Shown: in pieces, positions 1 to 13,637 of the stretch
Layout: every line of letters starts with the position of its first letter
Numbering within the stretch: the stretch's first letter is position 1
Source: an uncultured SAR86 cluster bacterium
Lineage (GTDB): Bacteria; Pseudomonadota; Gammaproteobacteria; Magnimaribacterales; D2472
DNA length: 64,000 bases
Direction: 5' to 3'
Assembly: GCA_902591665.1 (NCBI GenBank)
Contig: CACJBO010000001.1
Span: 199,085-263,084 of the forward strand
Program-made: the position numbers and the translations under genes
The notes under the pieces: generated by a model
The model's input: the letters and a program-made list of their open reading frames with translations, nothing else
Databases searched by the model: none
Told to the model about the DNA's origin: nothing

Positions 1-1788
<1,788 letters not shown>

Positions 1789-1796
1789 TTTTTATC

Positions 1797-3341
1797 TTAA
1801 AAAGTTTGTGTTTTTTTAAAGTCTTCAACAAGTTCTTTGAATTGATTTTCGATATCATCATTCCAATCACCAGTTGTATTGATTTGTTGTTCAAGCTCAC
1901 CTTTCTCAGATGTTAAATATCCATGAAGAGCTTCTTCAAAATCAAGAATTTTTTCTACTTCAACATCAGCCATATAACCCCTGTCAGCTGCAAACAGGCT
2001 TAGTGCTTGTTGTGCAACGCTCATAGGCGCATATTGTTTTTGCTTTAAAAGTTCAGTAAATGCTTTTCCGTTAGCAAGCTGTTGTTTTGTAGCATCATCA
2101 AGGTCTGATGCAAATTGAGAGAATGCTGCTAGCTCACGATATTGAGCCAATGCAGTTCTAACCCCGCCTGCTAGTTTTTTCATAATTTTTGTTTGTGCAG
2201 AACCACCAACCCTTGAAACGGAGAGACCTGGATTGATAGCTGGTCTGACACCTGAATTAAATAACTCAGTTTCTAGATATATTTGACCGTCAGTAATAGA
2301 AATCACGTTTGTTGGAACAAATGCTGATACATCTCCAGCCAAAGTCTCAATAATTGGTAAGGCTGTTAAAGATCCTGTTTTGCCCTTAACTTTTCCACCT
2401 GTTATTTGTTCAACATAATCAGCGTTAACTCTTGCAGCTCTTTCTAAAAGTCTTGAATGTAAATAGAAGACATCACCAGGATATGCTTCTCTTCCTGGAG
2501 GCCTTTTAAGCAGAAGTGATACCTGTCTGTATGCGACGGCTTGTTTTGATAGGTCGTCATATACGATTAGAGCATCTTCGCCCTTATCTCTAAAGTATTC
2601 ACCCATTGTGCAACCTGCGTATGCTGAGAGGTATTGCATTGGAGCTGGGTCTGCAGCGGTAGCTGAAACTACAATTGTGTGTTCCATTGCTCCATACTCT
2701 TCGAGCTTTCTAACAACGTTCGCCACTGTTGATTGTTTTTGGCCTATAGCAACATAGATACATTTAATACCTGTTCCTTTTTGGTTGATTATTGCGTCAA
2801 CAGCAACAGCGGTTTTCCCTGTTTGTCTGTCTCCAATAATAAGCTCTCTTTGGCCTCTTCCGATTGGCACCATGGCGTCGACAGCTTTTAATCCAATTTG
2901 AACTGGCTGGTCAACTGACTGACGAGCAATAACACCAGGGGCAACAACCTCAACTGGCATATTTTTCTCAGCTTTTATTTCACCCTTGCCGTCTATTGGT
3001 GTTCCTAAGGTGTTCACAACCCTTCCAAGAAGAGCCTCACCAACCGGAACTTCTAAAACCTTTCCAGTACAAACCGCTTTTTGTCCTTCAATTATTTCTA
3101 AGTAATCTCCCAACACAACAGCACCAACTGAATCCTGTTCAAGGTTTAAGGCCATGCCCTTGGTTCCGTTATCAAATTCAATAACCTCACCATACATAAC
3201 ATCACCCATGCCATGTATTCTTACAATACCGTCGGAAACGCTAACCACGATTCCTTCGTTTTTTCTTTCAGCTGAAAGATCAAGTCCGGCGATTTTCTCT
3301 TTTAATACGCTGGAAATTTCTGATGGATTTAATTGACTCAT
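1797..3341 (-). CDS. atpA: F0F1 ATP synthase subunit alpha
   Basis: 514 aa with GDRQTGKT Walker A and typical alpha-subunit blocks. Operon position fits. Confidence 0.97.
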   Translation of the reverse strand: MSQLNPSEISSVLKEKIAGLDLSAERKNEGIVVSVSDGIVRIHGMGDVMYGEVIEFDNGTKGMALNLEQDSVGAVVLGDYLEIIEGQKAVCTGKVLEVPVGEALLGRVVNTLGTPIDGKGEIKAEKNMPVEVVAPGVIARQSVDQPVQIGLKAVDAMVPIGRGQRELIIGDRQTGKTAVAVDAIINQKGTGIKCIYVAIGQKQSTVANVVRKLEEYGAMEHTIVVSATAADPAPMQYLSAYAGCTMGEYFRDKGEDALIVYDDLSKQAVAYRQVSLLLKRPPGREAYPGDVFYLHSRLLERAARVNADYVEQITGGKVKGKTGSLTALPIIETLAGDVSAFVPTNVISITDGQIYLETELFNSGVRPAINPGLSVSRVGGSAQTKIMKKLAGGVRTALAQYRELAAFSQFASDLDDATKQQLANGKAFTELLKQKQYAPMSVAQQALSLFAADRGYMADVEVEKILDFEEALHGYLTSEKGELEQQINTTGDWNDDIENQFKELVEDFKKTQTF

Positions 3342-3350
3342 GTTTTCACC

Positions 3351-3887
3351 TTAAAAATTTAATTGGTTTACAAGCTTGTTAACCTTCCCTCTAATAGAAA
3401 GATCTAAAGTTTCGTCGCCTATCTTTATTGATAAGCCGCCCATTATGTTTGGGTCTTTTGAAAAAGAAATGTTGGCATCATTGCCATAAGTGGCATTTAT
3501 TTTTTCTTCTATGTATTCTTTAGTAGAATCACTTGGATCAACAGCGACAAAAACCTCAACTGATTTTTGTTTTTTATGTTGCTCAAGTAAATCTTGATAG
3601 ATAGAAAAAATAGGTTCAAGAAGATTTAATCGTTTGTTTTCAGCCAATATTGAAAGGAGTTTCTTTGACGTTTCTGAAATGCTGTCATCAAACAATTTAA
3701 CCAAGATATCTACAATCTCTTGTCTAGATAATATTGGATTCTCAATAGTATTTATAACCCCATCTTCTAAAGAAGCTACAGCCATAGTATTTAATTCAAC
3801 GGCCATATCCTCTAAAGTATTAGACTCAATTGCTGAAGCAAACAGTGCTTTTGCATATGGTCTGGCTAGTGGGGTTAGTTCTATCAT
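3351..3887 (-). CDS. atpH: F0F1 ATP synthase subunit delta
   Basis: 178 aa, ARPYAKALF N-terminal motif, located between atpF and atpA. Confidence 0.9.
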   Translation of the reverse strand: MIELTPLARPYAKALFASAIESNTLEDMAVELNTMAVASLEDGVINTIENPILSRQEIVDILVKLFDDSISETSKKLLSILAENKRLNLLEPIFSIYQDLLEQHKKQKSVEVFVAVDPSDSTKEYIEEKINATYGNDANISFSKDPNIMGGLSIKIGDETLDLSIRGKVNKLVNQLNF

Positions 3888-3890
3888 TTT

Positions 3891-4361
3891 TTATAGTTCC
3901 TCGGCAGCTTTCTTTAAAATAGCTTCGTGTTTCTCTTTTGAAACCTCGTCACCAAGAATTTTTTGAGTTGTTTCAATAATAATATCTGACATTTGCTGTC
4001 TTAGTTCTTCTTTTGCTTTGTTAGTCTCGTTTTCTATATTGGTTGCAGCAGCGGTCAATATTTTTTCGGCTTCAGCTTCGGCTTTTGAAGATGCATCGTT
4101 AACTATTTGAGATGCTCTGTTATTAGCTTTTTCAAGAATCTCAGCTGCGTCTGCTTTTGCTTTGTCTAACTCTTTATCAAAAGCAAGTTTTGCTTCCTCT
4201 AAAGAATCATCGGCTTTTTTTGCAGCCTCAAGACCGTCAGATATCTTTTTTTCTCTTTCTTGCATTGTTGCCAATATTGGGGGATATACATACCTCCAAC
4301 ATATGGCCACAAAAACTATCATTACGACAGCTTGTGCAAGTAAGGTTGCGTTTATGTTCAT
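3891..4361 (-). CDS. atpF: F0F1 ATP synthase subunit b
   Basis: 156 aa with a single N-terminal TM helix followed by a long charged Ala/Glu/Lys-rich helix. Operon position fits. Confidence 0.9.
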   Translation of the reverse strand: MNINATLLAQAVVMIVFVAICWRYVYPPILATMQEREKKISDGLEAAKKADDSLEEAKLAFDKELDKAKADAAEILEKANNRASQIVNDASSKAEAEAEKILTAAATNIENETNKAKEELRQQMSDIIIETTQKILGDEVSKEKHEAILKKAAEEL

Positions 4362-4382
4362 ATCTAATTAACTAATTATTTT

Positions 4383-5888
<1,506 letters not shown>

Positions 5889-5920
5889 AAGATCGTATTT
5901 TGTATAATTTGTTGCGGTGA

Positions 5921-5949
5921 ATTATAGAAATATATGGTCTTATAAACAA
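5921..5949 (-). promoter_or_regulatory. Candidate sigma70 promoter of the atp operon (TTGTTT-N17-TATAAT on the minus strand)
   Basis: The reverse complement reads TTGTTT (5949-5944), a 17-nt spacer, then TATAAT (5926-5921), about 35 nt upstream of atpI. AT-rich background makes chance matches likely. Confidence 0.3.
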
Positions 5950-5983
5950 GTTGTTTTGTTCTTAAATTGAAAATTTTTTACAG

Positions 5984-6823
5984 TCAGTTTTTTAGTTTAG
6001 AAATTATAGATTCAAGCTCATCTTTGGTGTTGTAATTAATAACAACCTTGCCTGATTTTTTGTTTTTAGCCTCTATCTCAACCTTGTGGCCAAAGTTTTC
6101 AGACATTTCCTCTTCAACAATCAAAAGATCTCTATCTTTTGTCTTGGTTTGAGGTTTTTTATTGGTTTTTTTTGAGGACAACCCTGCTAAATCTTTTACT
6201 GTAAGTTTATTTTTTACAATATTGTTTGCTGCTTTTTCGGCCTCTAATGGATCCATTGATGCTAGAAGTTTTGCGTGCCCTTTTTCAATTTTGCCAGAAG
6301 AAAGCATATCCAAAACTTTTGCAGGCAAAGACAGCAACCTCAAAGAGTTTGCAATTGTACTTCTGGCTTTACCTGTTGAGGCTGCAACCTCATCCTGGGT
6401 TAAACCAAACTCTCTTTTTAATCTGTCATAGCCCCTTGCTTCTTCAACAGCGTTAAGGTCTTCTCTTTGAAGGTTTTCTATTAAGGCCGACTCTAGGGCG
6501 TCTTTGTCTTGTTTTTGATCGATTAATGTAGGAATTGTTTTAAGGCCAGCGTTTTTTGAAGCCCTCAACCTTCTTTCTCCAGCTATAACCTCATATTTGT
6601 TTAGTCCAACCTCTCTAACAAGAATTGGTGAGAGTACTCCGTGGTTTTTTATAGAGTTTGTTAACTCTAAGAGTTTTTCTTTGTCAAAATTTGTTCTTGG
6701 TTGAAATCTTCCTGGGTTAATATCTTCAACAGGCAGCTCTTTAACGCTTTTTTGGTTGTTGTTGGTGTTTCGGCCTAGCAGAGCGTCGAGTCCTTTATTT
6801 AAAATTTTGTTTTCTTCAGGCAT
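5984..6823 (-). CDS. parB: Chromosome partitioning protein ParB
   Basis: GLDALLG and VIAGERRLRAS motifs, 279 aa, overlaps parA. Confidence 0.93.
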   Translation of the reverse strand: MPEENKILNKGLDALLGRNTNNNQKSVKELPVEDINPGRFQPRTNFDKEKLLELTNSIKNHGVLSPILVREVGLNKYEVIAGERRLRASKNAGLKTIPTLIDQKQDKDALESALIENLQREDLNAVEEARGYDRLKREFGLTQDEVAASTGKARSTIANSLRLLSLPAKVLDMLSSGKIEKGHAKLLASMDPLEAEKAANNIVKNKLTVKDLAGLSSKKTNKKPQTKTKDRDLLIVEEEMSENFGHKVEIEAKNKKSGKVVINYNTKDELESIISKLKN

Positions 6824-7577
6824 ATTCCACCTTTCTTATTAACTCTCCAGCAAGTGCTAAGTAAGCCTTTGCACCATAAGAGGTTGGCATATATTTGACA
6901 CCAGACACACCATGGCTTGGGGCCTCGGCTAGCTTTATGTTTCTGGGTATAAGGGTGTTGAAAACCAAGTTTGAAAAATGTTTTTCTAACTCATCAGACA
7001 CTTCTTTGGCAAGGTTGTTTCTCATGTCTACCATTGTTCTTATTATCCCTAAAACCCTATTAGATGTCAGGTTTTTGTCGGAAAGGGTTTGTATTGTTTG
7101 CATTAATCCAGCAACACCCTCTAAAGAATAGTATTCGCATTGAAGGGGGATAAGGGTTCCCGATGCTGCAAACAGGGCTTCTATTGTGAGCTGGTTTAGT
7201 GTTGGTGGTGTGTCTATTATTGTATAGTCGAACTCATCGTCTATTTTTTTTAATTCTGTTGATAAAAAATTTTGTTTGTTGTTTTCTCTTATTCCCACAT
7301 CAAGCGCTATGAGGTTTTGGTCTCCTGGTAAGACTTTGTAGTTATCTGATGTGTTGTATATGCACTCGTTGATAGGTGTGTTATTGAAAAAAAGGTCGTA
7401 CAAGGTGTTTGGTTTTTCTTCTTTTATTCCTGTTGCTGTTGTGGCGTTCCCTTGTGGGTCAAGGTCAATGAGTAAAACCTTTCTTTTGGTTGCAGCAAGG
7501 CTTGAGGCAAGGTTTACCGCTGTGGTTGTTTTTCCAACACCGCCTTTTTGGTTTGCTATTGCTATAACCTTATTCAC
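6816..7577 (-). CDS. parA: Chromosome partitioning ATPase ParA/Soj
   Basis: Deviant Walker A KGGVGKTTT, 253 aa, upstream of parB. Confidence 0.93.
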   Translation of the reverse strand: MNKVIAIANQKGGVGKTTTAVNLASSLAATKRKVLLIDLDPQGNATTATGIKEEKPNTLYDLFFNNTPINECIYNTSDNYKVLPGDQNLIALDVGIRENNKQNFLSTELKKIDDEFDYTIIDTPPTLNQLTIEALFAASGTLIPLQCEYYSLEGVAGLMQTIQTLSDKNLTSNRVLGIIRTMVDMRNNLAKEVSDELEKHFSNLVFNTLIPRNIKLAEAPSHGVSGVKYMPTSYGAKAYLALAGELIRKVEYA

Positions 7578-8154
7578 TTTTTCTTATCTCTAATAGGTGT
7601 CTTTCATATTTCTTGTTTTCTAGTTTGATTATTTCATACTTATATTTGTTTGTGTCTATTGTTACTAGCTCTTCTGTGATTTTTTCTTTTTTTCCTTTAA
7701 GTAAAACATATTTGCCATCATCATCAAGGTTGTTCTCTGTGAGTTCTAATATGTTTGTGGTAGAAGAAAATGCTCTTGCTGTTATAAGGGTGTATGAACC
7801 AAGGCTGTTGTTTTTACTAATAACTGTATTTAAAACTTTTGCGTTTTTTAATCCCAAAAGGTCGATTGTTTTGTTTAAGAAGTAGCACTTTTTTTTACTT
7901 TTTTCTAAAAGATGAATTTCGCACACCGGTTTTAGGATGGCTATAATTATTCCTGGAAAACCCCCTCCAGAACCAAGATCTAATATTTTGTCTGAGTTGT
8001 TAATTTTTTGCAGAACAGGCAAACAGTCATCTACGTCTTTTTCATAAACCTCTTTGATTGATTCTCTTACAAAAATATTGTGTTTTTTGTTGAAAGCTAG
8101 AGCTTCGTTTACAAATTTTTCTAATTTTTCTGCTTCAGCTTTGTTTTTTTTCAT
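7570..8154 (-). CDS. rsmG: 16S rRNA (guanine527-N7)-methyltransferase
   Basis: DLGSGGGFPG SAM-binding motif. Classical mnmG-rsmG-parAB order. Confidence 0.9.
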   Translation of the reverse strand: MKKNKAEAEKLEKFVNEALAFNKKHNIFVRESIKEVYEKDVDDCLPVLQKINNSDKILDLGSGGGFPGIIIAILKPVCEIHLLEKSKKKCYFLNKTIDLLGLKNAKVLNTVISKNNSLGSYTLITARAFSSTTNILELTENNLDDDGKYVLLKGKKEKITEELVTIDTNKYKYEIIKLENKKYERHLLEIRKSE

Positions 8155-9998
8155 GCATTGAGTTTTTCCAACTCTTGTTTTTTTATGTTTATCAGGATCA
8201 GGTTTATGGCGGCTGGTGTTACTCCTTCTATTTGTGAAGCTGATCCAATTGTTTCTGGTTGAGATTTTGTTAGTTTTTCTACCACCTCATTCGAAAGTCC
8301 TGATATTTTTTTGTAATTTATTGATGGAGGTATTTTTTTGTTGTTTTGTTTTTTGTTTTTATTTATTTCTCTGGTTTGTTTTTCTATATAACCTTTATAT
8401 TTTATTTCTATTGAGGCTCTTTTAAAAAAAGCTTCATCTTCTTTGTTAAGTTTAATGAGGTTGTTTTCGTCAACATCTGGTCTTGCCAATATTAAAGATA
8501 TGCTTCTTTTTTCATCAAGCAAAACTGTTTGTTGTTCTTTGTTTACAAACGATGATATTTTTGTTTTATCTAATCTGGTTTTAACGAACTCCGTGTATTG
8601 TTTCTCCTTGTTTATAAAGGCTGTGTTTCTTTCTTCTGAAATAATACCAAGGTCAAAAGCTTTGCTTAATAGCCTTTGTTCAGCGTTATTTTGTGAGAGT
8701 AAAAGCCTGTGTTCTGCCCTGCTTGTAAACATTCTATAGGGTTCTGTTATTCCATGTGTGGTTAGGTCATCTATTAAGACCCCTATATACGCTTCTTCTC
8801 TTTGAAGAATAAAGTCAGGTTTTTTTTGAATAGCCTGAGCGGCATTTAAGCCAGCAACAAGACCTTGGGCGGCTGCTTCCTCATAACCGGTTGTTCCGTT
8901 AATTTGTCCAGCTAAATAAAAATCATTAAAATATTTGGTTTCAAGGGTTTTTTTGTTTGTCCTGGGGTCAACAAAATCATATTCAACAGCGTATCCAAAT
9001 TCTGTAATTTCACACTGCTCCATTCCTTTTATTGTGTGGATAAAATCTTCTTGAGCCTTTTTAGGAAGGCTTGTTGATATTCCGTTTGGGTATACGAGGT
9101 CAACCCCAATACCCTCAGGCTCAATAAAAATTTGGTGGCTGTCTTTGTGACTAAATTTAAATACTTTATCTTCTATGGATGGGCAATACCTGGGGCCAAT
9201 TCCTGAGATGTTTCCAGAATACATTGCAGACAGGTGGGTGTTGTCAGATATTATTTGGTGTGTTGTTTTGTTGGTTCTTGTTATAAAACATGATAATTGT
9301 TCTTGGTGTTTTTTAACCTCGCCTGTTAATGACATAAATGGGGTCGGTGTCTCGCCCGGTTGCTCATCCATAACAGACAGGTCTAACGTAGACATTTTCA
9401 CTCTTGCCGGGGTTCCTGTTTTAAGTCGTCCCATTGGAAGCCTTAACTCGTAAAGTTTCTTCGATAGAGGTATAGCAGAATCATCCCCGACTCTTCCACC
9501 AGAAGAAATTTCCGATCCTGTGTACATTAAACCGTTCAAAAATGTGCCAGTGGTAAGAATCGTCTTCTTTCCATAAATTTTTTTATTTTTTGTTATAACT
9601 CCTTTTACCGATTCTTTTTCAACAATTAGGTCTTCAACCTCTTCTTCAAAAATATTAATACTGGTTGAATTTAATATCTTTTGAATGGCTTTTTTATAAA
9701 GATCTCTATCACACTGGACCCTTAGGGCTTGGACAGCATCTCCTTTTCTTGTATTCAAAGTTCTGTATTGAATGCCGGACATATCTGTTGCAATCGGCAT
9801 AATACCGCCCATTGCATCAATCTCTCTAACTATATGCGATTTACCAAGACCTCCTATAGCTGGGTTGCATGACATCTGACCAATTTTACTTTTTTCAAAA
9901 GTTACAAGTGCACAAGAAAGGCCACTTCTGTATACAGCGTATGCAGCCTCTACTCCAGCATGACCGCCTCCAACAACTACTACATCAAACTTATCCAT
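8151..9998 (-). CDS. mnmG: tRNA uridine 5-carboxymethylaminomethyl modification enzyme MnmG (GidA)
   Basis: 615 aa with N-terminal FAD fold VVVGGGHAGVEAA and a typical GidA C-terminus. Confidence 0.97.
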   Translation of the reverse strand: MDKFDVVVVGGGHAGVEAAYAVYRSGLSCALVTFEKSKIGQMSCNPAIGGLGKSHIVREIDAMGGIMPIATDMSGIQYRTLNTRKGDAVQALRVQCDRDLYKKAIQKILNSTSINIFEEEVEDLIVEKESVKGVITKNKKIYGKKTILTTGTFLNGLMYTGSEISSGGRVGDDSAIPLSKKLYELRLPMGRLKTGTPARVKMSTLDLSVMDEQPGETPTPFMSLTGEVKKHQEQLSCFITRTNKTTHQIISDNTHLSAMYSGNISGIGPRYCPSIEDKVFKFSHKDSHQIFIEPEGIGVDLVYPNGISTSLPKKAQEDFIHTIKGMEQCEITEFGYAVEYDFVDPRTNKKTLETKYFNDFYLAGQINGTTGYEEAAAQGLVAGLNAAQAIQKKPDFILQREEAYIGVLIDDLTTHGITEPYRMFTSRAEHRLLLSQNNAEQRLLSKAFDLGIISEERNTAFINKEKQYTEFVKTRLDKTKISSFVNKEQQTVLLDEKRSISLILARPDVDENNLIKLNKEDEAFFKRASIEIKYKGYIEKQTREINKNKKQNNKKIPPSINYKKISGLSNEVVEKLTKSQPETIGSASQIEGVTPAAINLILINIKKQELEKLNA

Positions 9999-10165
9999 AT
10001 AATAATAAAACCAATAATATCTATATTATATACTTACTGTTAATTCTATTAGTGCCTAAAGGATTTGTTAATAAGTGCCTTTTGCGCCCTTATTAAAACA
10101 AAAATATGATTTAACAAACCATGTTTAACCCTGTTAAAAAACTAGAGACACACCTCTCAACAACC

Positions 10166-10174
10166 TGTGAATAA
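10166..10174 (-). promoter_or_regulatory. DnaA-box match (TTATTCACA on the minus strand, fits TTATNCACA)
   Basis: The plus strand reads TGTGAATAA in the mnmG-mnmE spacer. Confidence 0.4.
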
Positions 10175-10212
10175 AAAAAAGAGTTAAAAAACATTAACAA
10201 TTTAATAACAAC

Positions 10213-11529
10213 TTATTTACCAATACAAAAAGAGCTAAAAATATCACCGAGCAAAGAGTCTGACATTTTAACACCTATTATTTCGTTTAAATCACCCCTA
10301 GCCAGCTTTAAATCTTCTGCTATAAGCTCAAGCCCATCATCCTCACTAAGTTTTAAAAGCGCATTTTCAAGATGATTAATAGAAGATTGAAAAAGCCCAA
10401 TATGCCTATCTCTTACTAAATACATATAGTCTCCAGAAATATCTGACTTAAACGCTTTAGAAATAAGTTTCTTAAGACCGTCAAAACCCTCACCGGTTTT
10501 AGCTGATACCATGCAGTCAAAAACACCCTCCCTCACAACATGACCCAAATCTGTTTTGTTATAAACTTTTAAATATTTTTTTTCTTTAGAAAGCTCAGCA
10601 AATCTATCTAATATAGACCCCTCATCAGAGTCAAAAATACCAACTACCAGATCAACGTTATTTAGTTGCTCTAATGCAAACTGCATTCCTTTTGACTCAA
10701 CAACATCATCTGTCTCTCTTAAACCAGCTGTATCAGATATAGAAAAAGAAGCCTCATTATAAAAAATTTCAGACTCAACAATGTCTCTTGTTGTGCCAGG
10801 TTTCTCAGAAACAAGAGCTCTCTCAAAACCAAGCAATCTATTAAACACAGAAGATTTACCAGAGTTTACAGGACCTACAAACATAACCTTATTTTTTGCA
10901 GAGTGATTTTTTTTATTCAAACAACCTCCAACAAAAAGCTTAAAATTTTCAACAAGAAGGGATAGCTCATTTGGTAGAGATGAATCAAAAAAGCTTTCCC
11001 CCTCATCAGAAAAATCAATTTCACCCTCAACCCTAACACGAAGGTTGTTTATAACATCTGAGAAACCCAAAACCTTTTCTGTAAAATCACCTGAAAGGGT
11101 GTTTGAAGATAAAACCACCCCATCTCGATCATGACTATCAATTAAATCAACAACAGCCTCTGCTTCTGCAAGACTAATCTTGTTATTTAAAAAGGCTCTT
11201 TTGGTAAACTCGCCAGGGGGAGCCTCATCAAAACCTAAAGACTTAAAAATATCAACCAGCATAGACATAACACCCAACCCACCATGGGCATACACCTCAA
11301 AAGAATCTTCCCCCGTATAACTATCTGGACCCTTAAAAGAAATAATGCCAACACGGTCAACAATATCACCAGACTTGTTTTTAACAGACCTTAAATAAAA
11401 CTTTTTATTTTTCTCTAACGGAGAACCAGCAAGCTCAGGAATTTTTAAAAGGCAACCAGGACCAGACACCCTAAAGATACATATTGCCGATTTTGCAGGG
11501 GGCGTGGCTAGCGCAAAAACCACAGACAC
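10213..11529 (-). CDS. mnmE: tRNA modification GTPase MnmE (TrmE)
   Basis: 438 aa with G-domain GPVNSGKSS and the conserved C-terminal CIGK. Confidence 0.95.
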   Translation of the reverse strand: MSVVFALATPPAKSAICIFRVSGPGCLLKIPELAGSPLEKNKKFYLRSVKNKSGDIVDRVGIISFKGPDSYTGEDSFEVYAHGGLGVMSMLVDIFKSLGFDEAPPGEFTKRAFLNNKISLAEAEAVVDLIDSHDRDGVVLSSNTLSGDFTEKVLGFSDVINNLRVRVEGEIDFSDEGESFFDSSLPNELSLLVENFKLFVGGCLNKKNHSAKNKVMFVGPVNSGKSSVFNRLLGFERALVSEKPGTTRDIVESEIFYNEASFSISDTAGLRETDDVVESKGMQFALEQLNNVDLVVGIFDSDEGSILDRFAELSKEKKYLKVYNKTDLGHVVREGVFDCMVSAKTGEGFDGLKKLISKAFKSDISGDYMYLVRDRHIGLFQSSINHLENALLKLSEDDGLELIAEDLKLARGDLNEIIGVKMSDSLLGDIFSSFCIGK

Positions 11530-11534
11530 TAAAA

Positions 11535-13091
11535 CTAACCCCCGGTACCAACCTGAGTGTCACCCAAAACACCATGTTTTTTATATAAATATCTTTGTTG
11601 ACCAAGAGAAACACCTGAATTTATTACAGAGTAAAGACACAGAGCGGCAGGAAAAACAAAAAAGAATATAGAGAAAACAACAGGCATGTATTTAATTACT
11701 TGTTGTTGCATTGGGTCTTGGGAGGGAGGCGCTGGGCTAAGCTTTTGTGTGGAAAACATAATTAAACCAAACAAAACAGGAAGAATAAAAAGAGGGTCAG
11801 GAACAGATAAATCAGACATCCAAAATATTGAAGCATGTCTTAACTCAACCATCTCTCTTAACGCAAAAAAGAACCCAATAAAAAAAGGCATTTGAGCCAA
11901 AAGTGGTAAACAACCACCCAAAGGACTAACTTTTTCTGTTTTATATAATTTCATCATCTCTTGTGAAAATCTTTGCCTGTCATCGCGATACCTATCTTGG
12001 AGCTCCTTCAACCTAGGAGCAACTTTTCTCATATTTCCCATCGACACAAATCCCTTTGCTGTTACAGGAAACAACACAAGCTTTAAAATAAAGGTGAAAA
12101 CTATTATTGATATAGCCCAGCTATCAACAAACCCATTTATTAGATCCAAAAACCAAACCATGGGTTGCGATATAAACCAAAACCAACCCATGTCTATGGA
12201 TAGCTCTAAATTCTCCGCCCTCTCAGCCAAATCTTTTCTAATTTTTGGCCCAATAAAAACACGGTGTGAATGATTATATACAAGGTTTGAGGCCTCTCCC
12301 TTTTCAACGGTATACCCCATTCTGTAAACACCAGAGTCAGCAGGGTGAGCAAAAAAATTATAAATGTTGTCTTCTGAACCAATAAGAGCAGCAAAAAAAT
12401 ATTTTTGTATAAAAGAAACCCAGCCAGAACGAGAAAGGTAAGATATTGATTCATCAACACTCCTTAATCTGGTTGTTTCGTATGGGTCTTGGTCGGTGCT
12501 AAACGCCACCCCTTGATAAGAGCTGTTATTCATAACCCCGCCCTGAAGCCAAGACGATTTTAAATCTAAAGACCTTCCCTCGGTTCTATAAAGCGCAGCA
12601 AAGGCCTTTCCAGAAGAGCCAAGCGAGGAAGAGTCCGTAATTAAAAGCTCGTATGTTTCAGGTAAAAAAGTAAACTCTTTGGTTAAATCCCCATCTTCTG
12701 TTTTTAAAACCACAGAGTTGTTGTCATAGCTGTGAAGGATATAATTGGCAGCCTTACCAGTAAAACCAGTTTTTAAATAATACTTAAAGGGGCTTGCGTT
12801 AGATGAGCCAAAAACCCTTACCCCAGGTGAACCCTCAATATTTTCTACCCCATACTTTTTAAGCCTAGACTCAACAACGGAACCGGTGGATGTTGATATT
12901 TTTATTCTTAATTCATCATTTTCAAGATAAACAAAACCCCCATCATCTGTAACTTGGGAGGTGGCAGCCTCCATGTCTGCGACCCTAAGCTGTTCTATCT
13001 CAGAGAGCCTTTGGTTTTCAGAGTTCCACTCATAAAACAAAGCCATTGAGAGAACAACAATAACCCCTAGATAAATTTTTCTTAAATTCAT
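11535..13091 (-). CDS. yidC: Membrane protein insertase YidC
   Basis: 518 aa with an N-terminal anchor, a large periplasmic domain and a C-terminal 5-TM core. Position rnpA-yidC-mnmE fits. Confidence 0.95.
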   Translation of the reverse strand: MNLRKIYLGVIVVLSMALFYEWNSENQRLSEIEQLRVADMEAATSQVTDDGGFVYLENDELRIKISTSTGSVVESRLKKYGVENIEGSPGVRVFGSSNASPFKYYLKTGFTGKAANYILHSYDNNSVVLKTEDGDLTKEFTFLPETYELLITDSSSLGSSGKAFAALYRTEGRSLDLKSSWLQGGVMNNSSYQGVAFSTDQDPYETTRLRSVDESISYLSRSGWVSFIQKYFFAALIGSEDNIYNFFAHPADSGVYRMGYTVEKGEASNLVYNHSHRVFIGPKIRKDLAERAENLELSIDMGWFWFISQPMVWFLDLINGFVDSWAISIIVFTFILKLVLFPVTAKGFVSMGNMRKVAPRLKELQDRYRDDRQRFSQEMMKLYKTEKVSPLGGCLPLLAQMPFFIGFFFALREMVELRHASIFWMSDLSVPDPLFILPVLFGLIMFSTQKLSPAPPSQDPMQQQVIKYMPVVFSIFFFVFPAALCLYSVINSGVSLGQQRYLYKKHGVLGDTQVGTGG

Positions 13092-13390
13092 TTTTTAACC
13101 TTATTATGAATTGATGATTTTACAGCGTTAACTATCTCAACAGAAGCCTCTTTGAAACTTAATTCAGCAAATGGTTTATAGGCAACAAACACAAAAGAAC
13201 CATTGTTAAAAAAAAGATGATTGTTCTTAAAAATTTCTTTTACCCTTCTCTTAATTTTATTTCTCGTAACAGCCAACTTAAAAATTTTTTTAGACACAAC
13301 TATTCGCAGATCTGTTTTACCATCCTCGACAAAAAAGATTCTTAAATTTTTAGAACTATGAAAGTGTTTTGAAAGCGAAGGTGTTCGCAA
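13088..13390 (-). CDS. rnpA: Ribonuclease P protein component
   Basis: 100 aa basic protein with the RNR-like motif AVTRNKIKRRVKE. TTG start 4 nt after the rpmH stop. Overlaps yidC by 4 nt. Confidence 0.8.
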   Translation of the reverse strand: MRTPSLSKHFHSSKNLRIFFVEDGKTDLRIVVSKKIFKLAVTRNKIKRRVKEIFKNNHLFFNNGSFVFVAYKPFAELSFKEASVEIVNAVKSSIHNKVKK

Positions 13391-13393
13391 GTT

Positions 13394-13528
13394 CTACGCA
13401 GTTAAAACCTTGCGGCCTTTTTTTCTTCTGTTAGACAGTATTGCCCTGCCTGCCTTGGTAGCCATTCTTGCTCTAAAGCCATGAGTTCTGCTTCTTTTTA
13501 AAGTGCTTGGTTGAAATGTTCTTTTCAT
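13394..13528 (-). CDS. rpmH: 50S ribosomal protein L34
   Basis: Below the ORF-track size cutoff. The reverse complement reads [44 protein letters not shown], the canonical L34 sequence. Confidence 0.95.
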   Translation of the reverse strand: MKRTFQPSTLKRSRTHGFRARMATKAGRAILSNRRKKGRKVLTA

Positions 13529-13559
13529 AATTTACTACCTGTAAAAAAAATAGTGGCGC

Positions 13560-13588
13560 ATTATAGCCCATAAATTAAAAGATTTCAT
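13560..13588 (-). promoter_or_regulatory. Candidate rpmH promoter (ATGAAA-N17-TATAAT on the minus strand)
   Basis: The reverse complement has TATAAT at 13565-13560 and ATGAAA at 13588-13583 with a 17-nt spacer, about 30 nt upstream of the rpmH ATG. Confidence 0.35.
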
Positions 13589-13628
13589 AGAATTTTAAAA
13601 AAACCAAAGCAGGTTTTTTATATACAAG

Positions 13629-13637
13629 TTATCCACA
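13629..13637 (+). promoter_or_regulatory. Perfect consensus DnaA box TTATCCACA
   Basis: Exact 9-mer located 77 nt upstream of the dnaA start. Confidence 0.6.

Noticed and set aside
5984-7577. parA/parB as evidence that the sequence is a plasmid.
   Set aside because: They are embedded in the canonical chromosomal atp-parBA-rsmG-mnmG-mnmE-yidC-rnpA-rpmH-dnaA arrangement.
12206-12460. Same-strand alternative-frame ORFs inside yidC (12206-12460), gshA (40911-41120), the HAD gene (51273-51497) and the cytochrome c gene (50592-50810).
   Set aside because: They are fully nested in genes whose main frame carries the conserved family motifs. They have no independent start context, and their translations look like frame-shifted noise.
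13599-13618. The hairpin AAAAACC-AAAGCA-GGTTTTT, which looks like a bidirectional terminator.
   Set aside because: It lies between the divergent rpmH and dnaA promoters, where a terminator has no logical role. The stem is nearly all A-T and is expected by chance.
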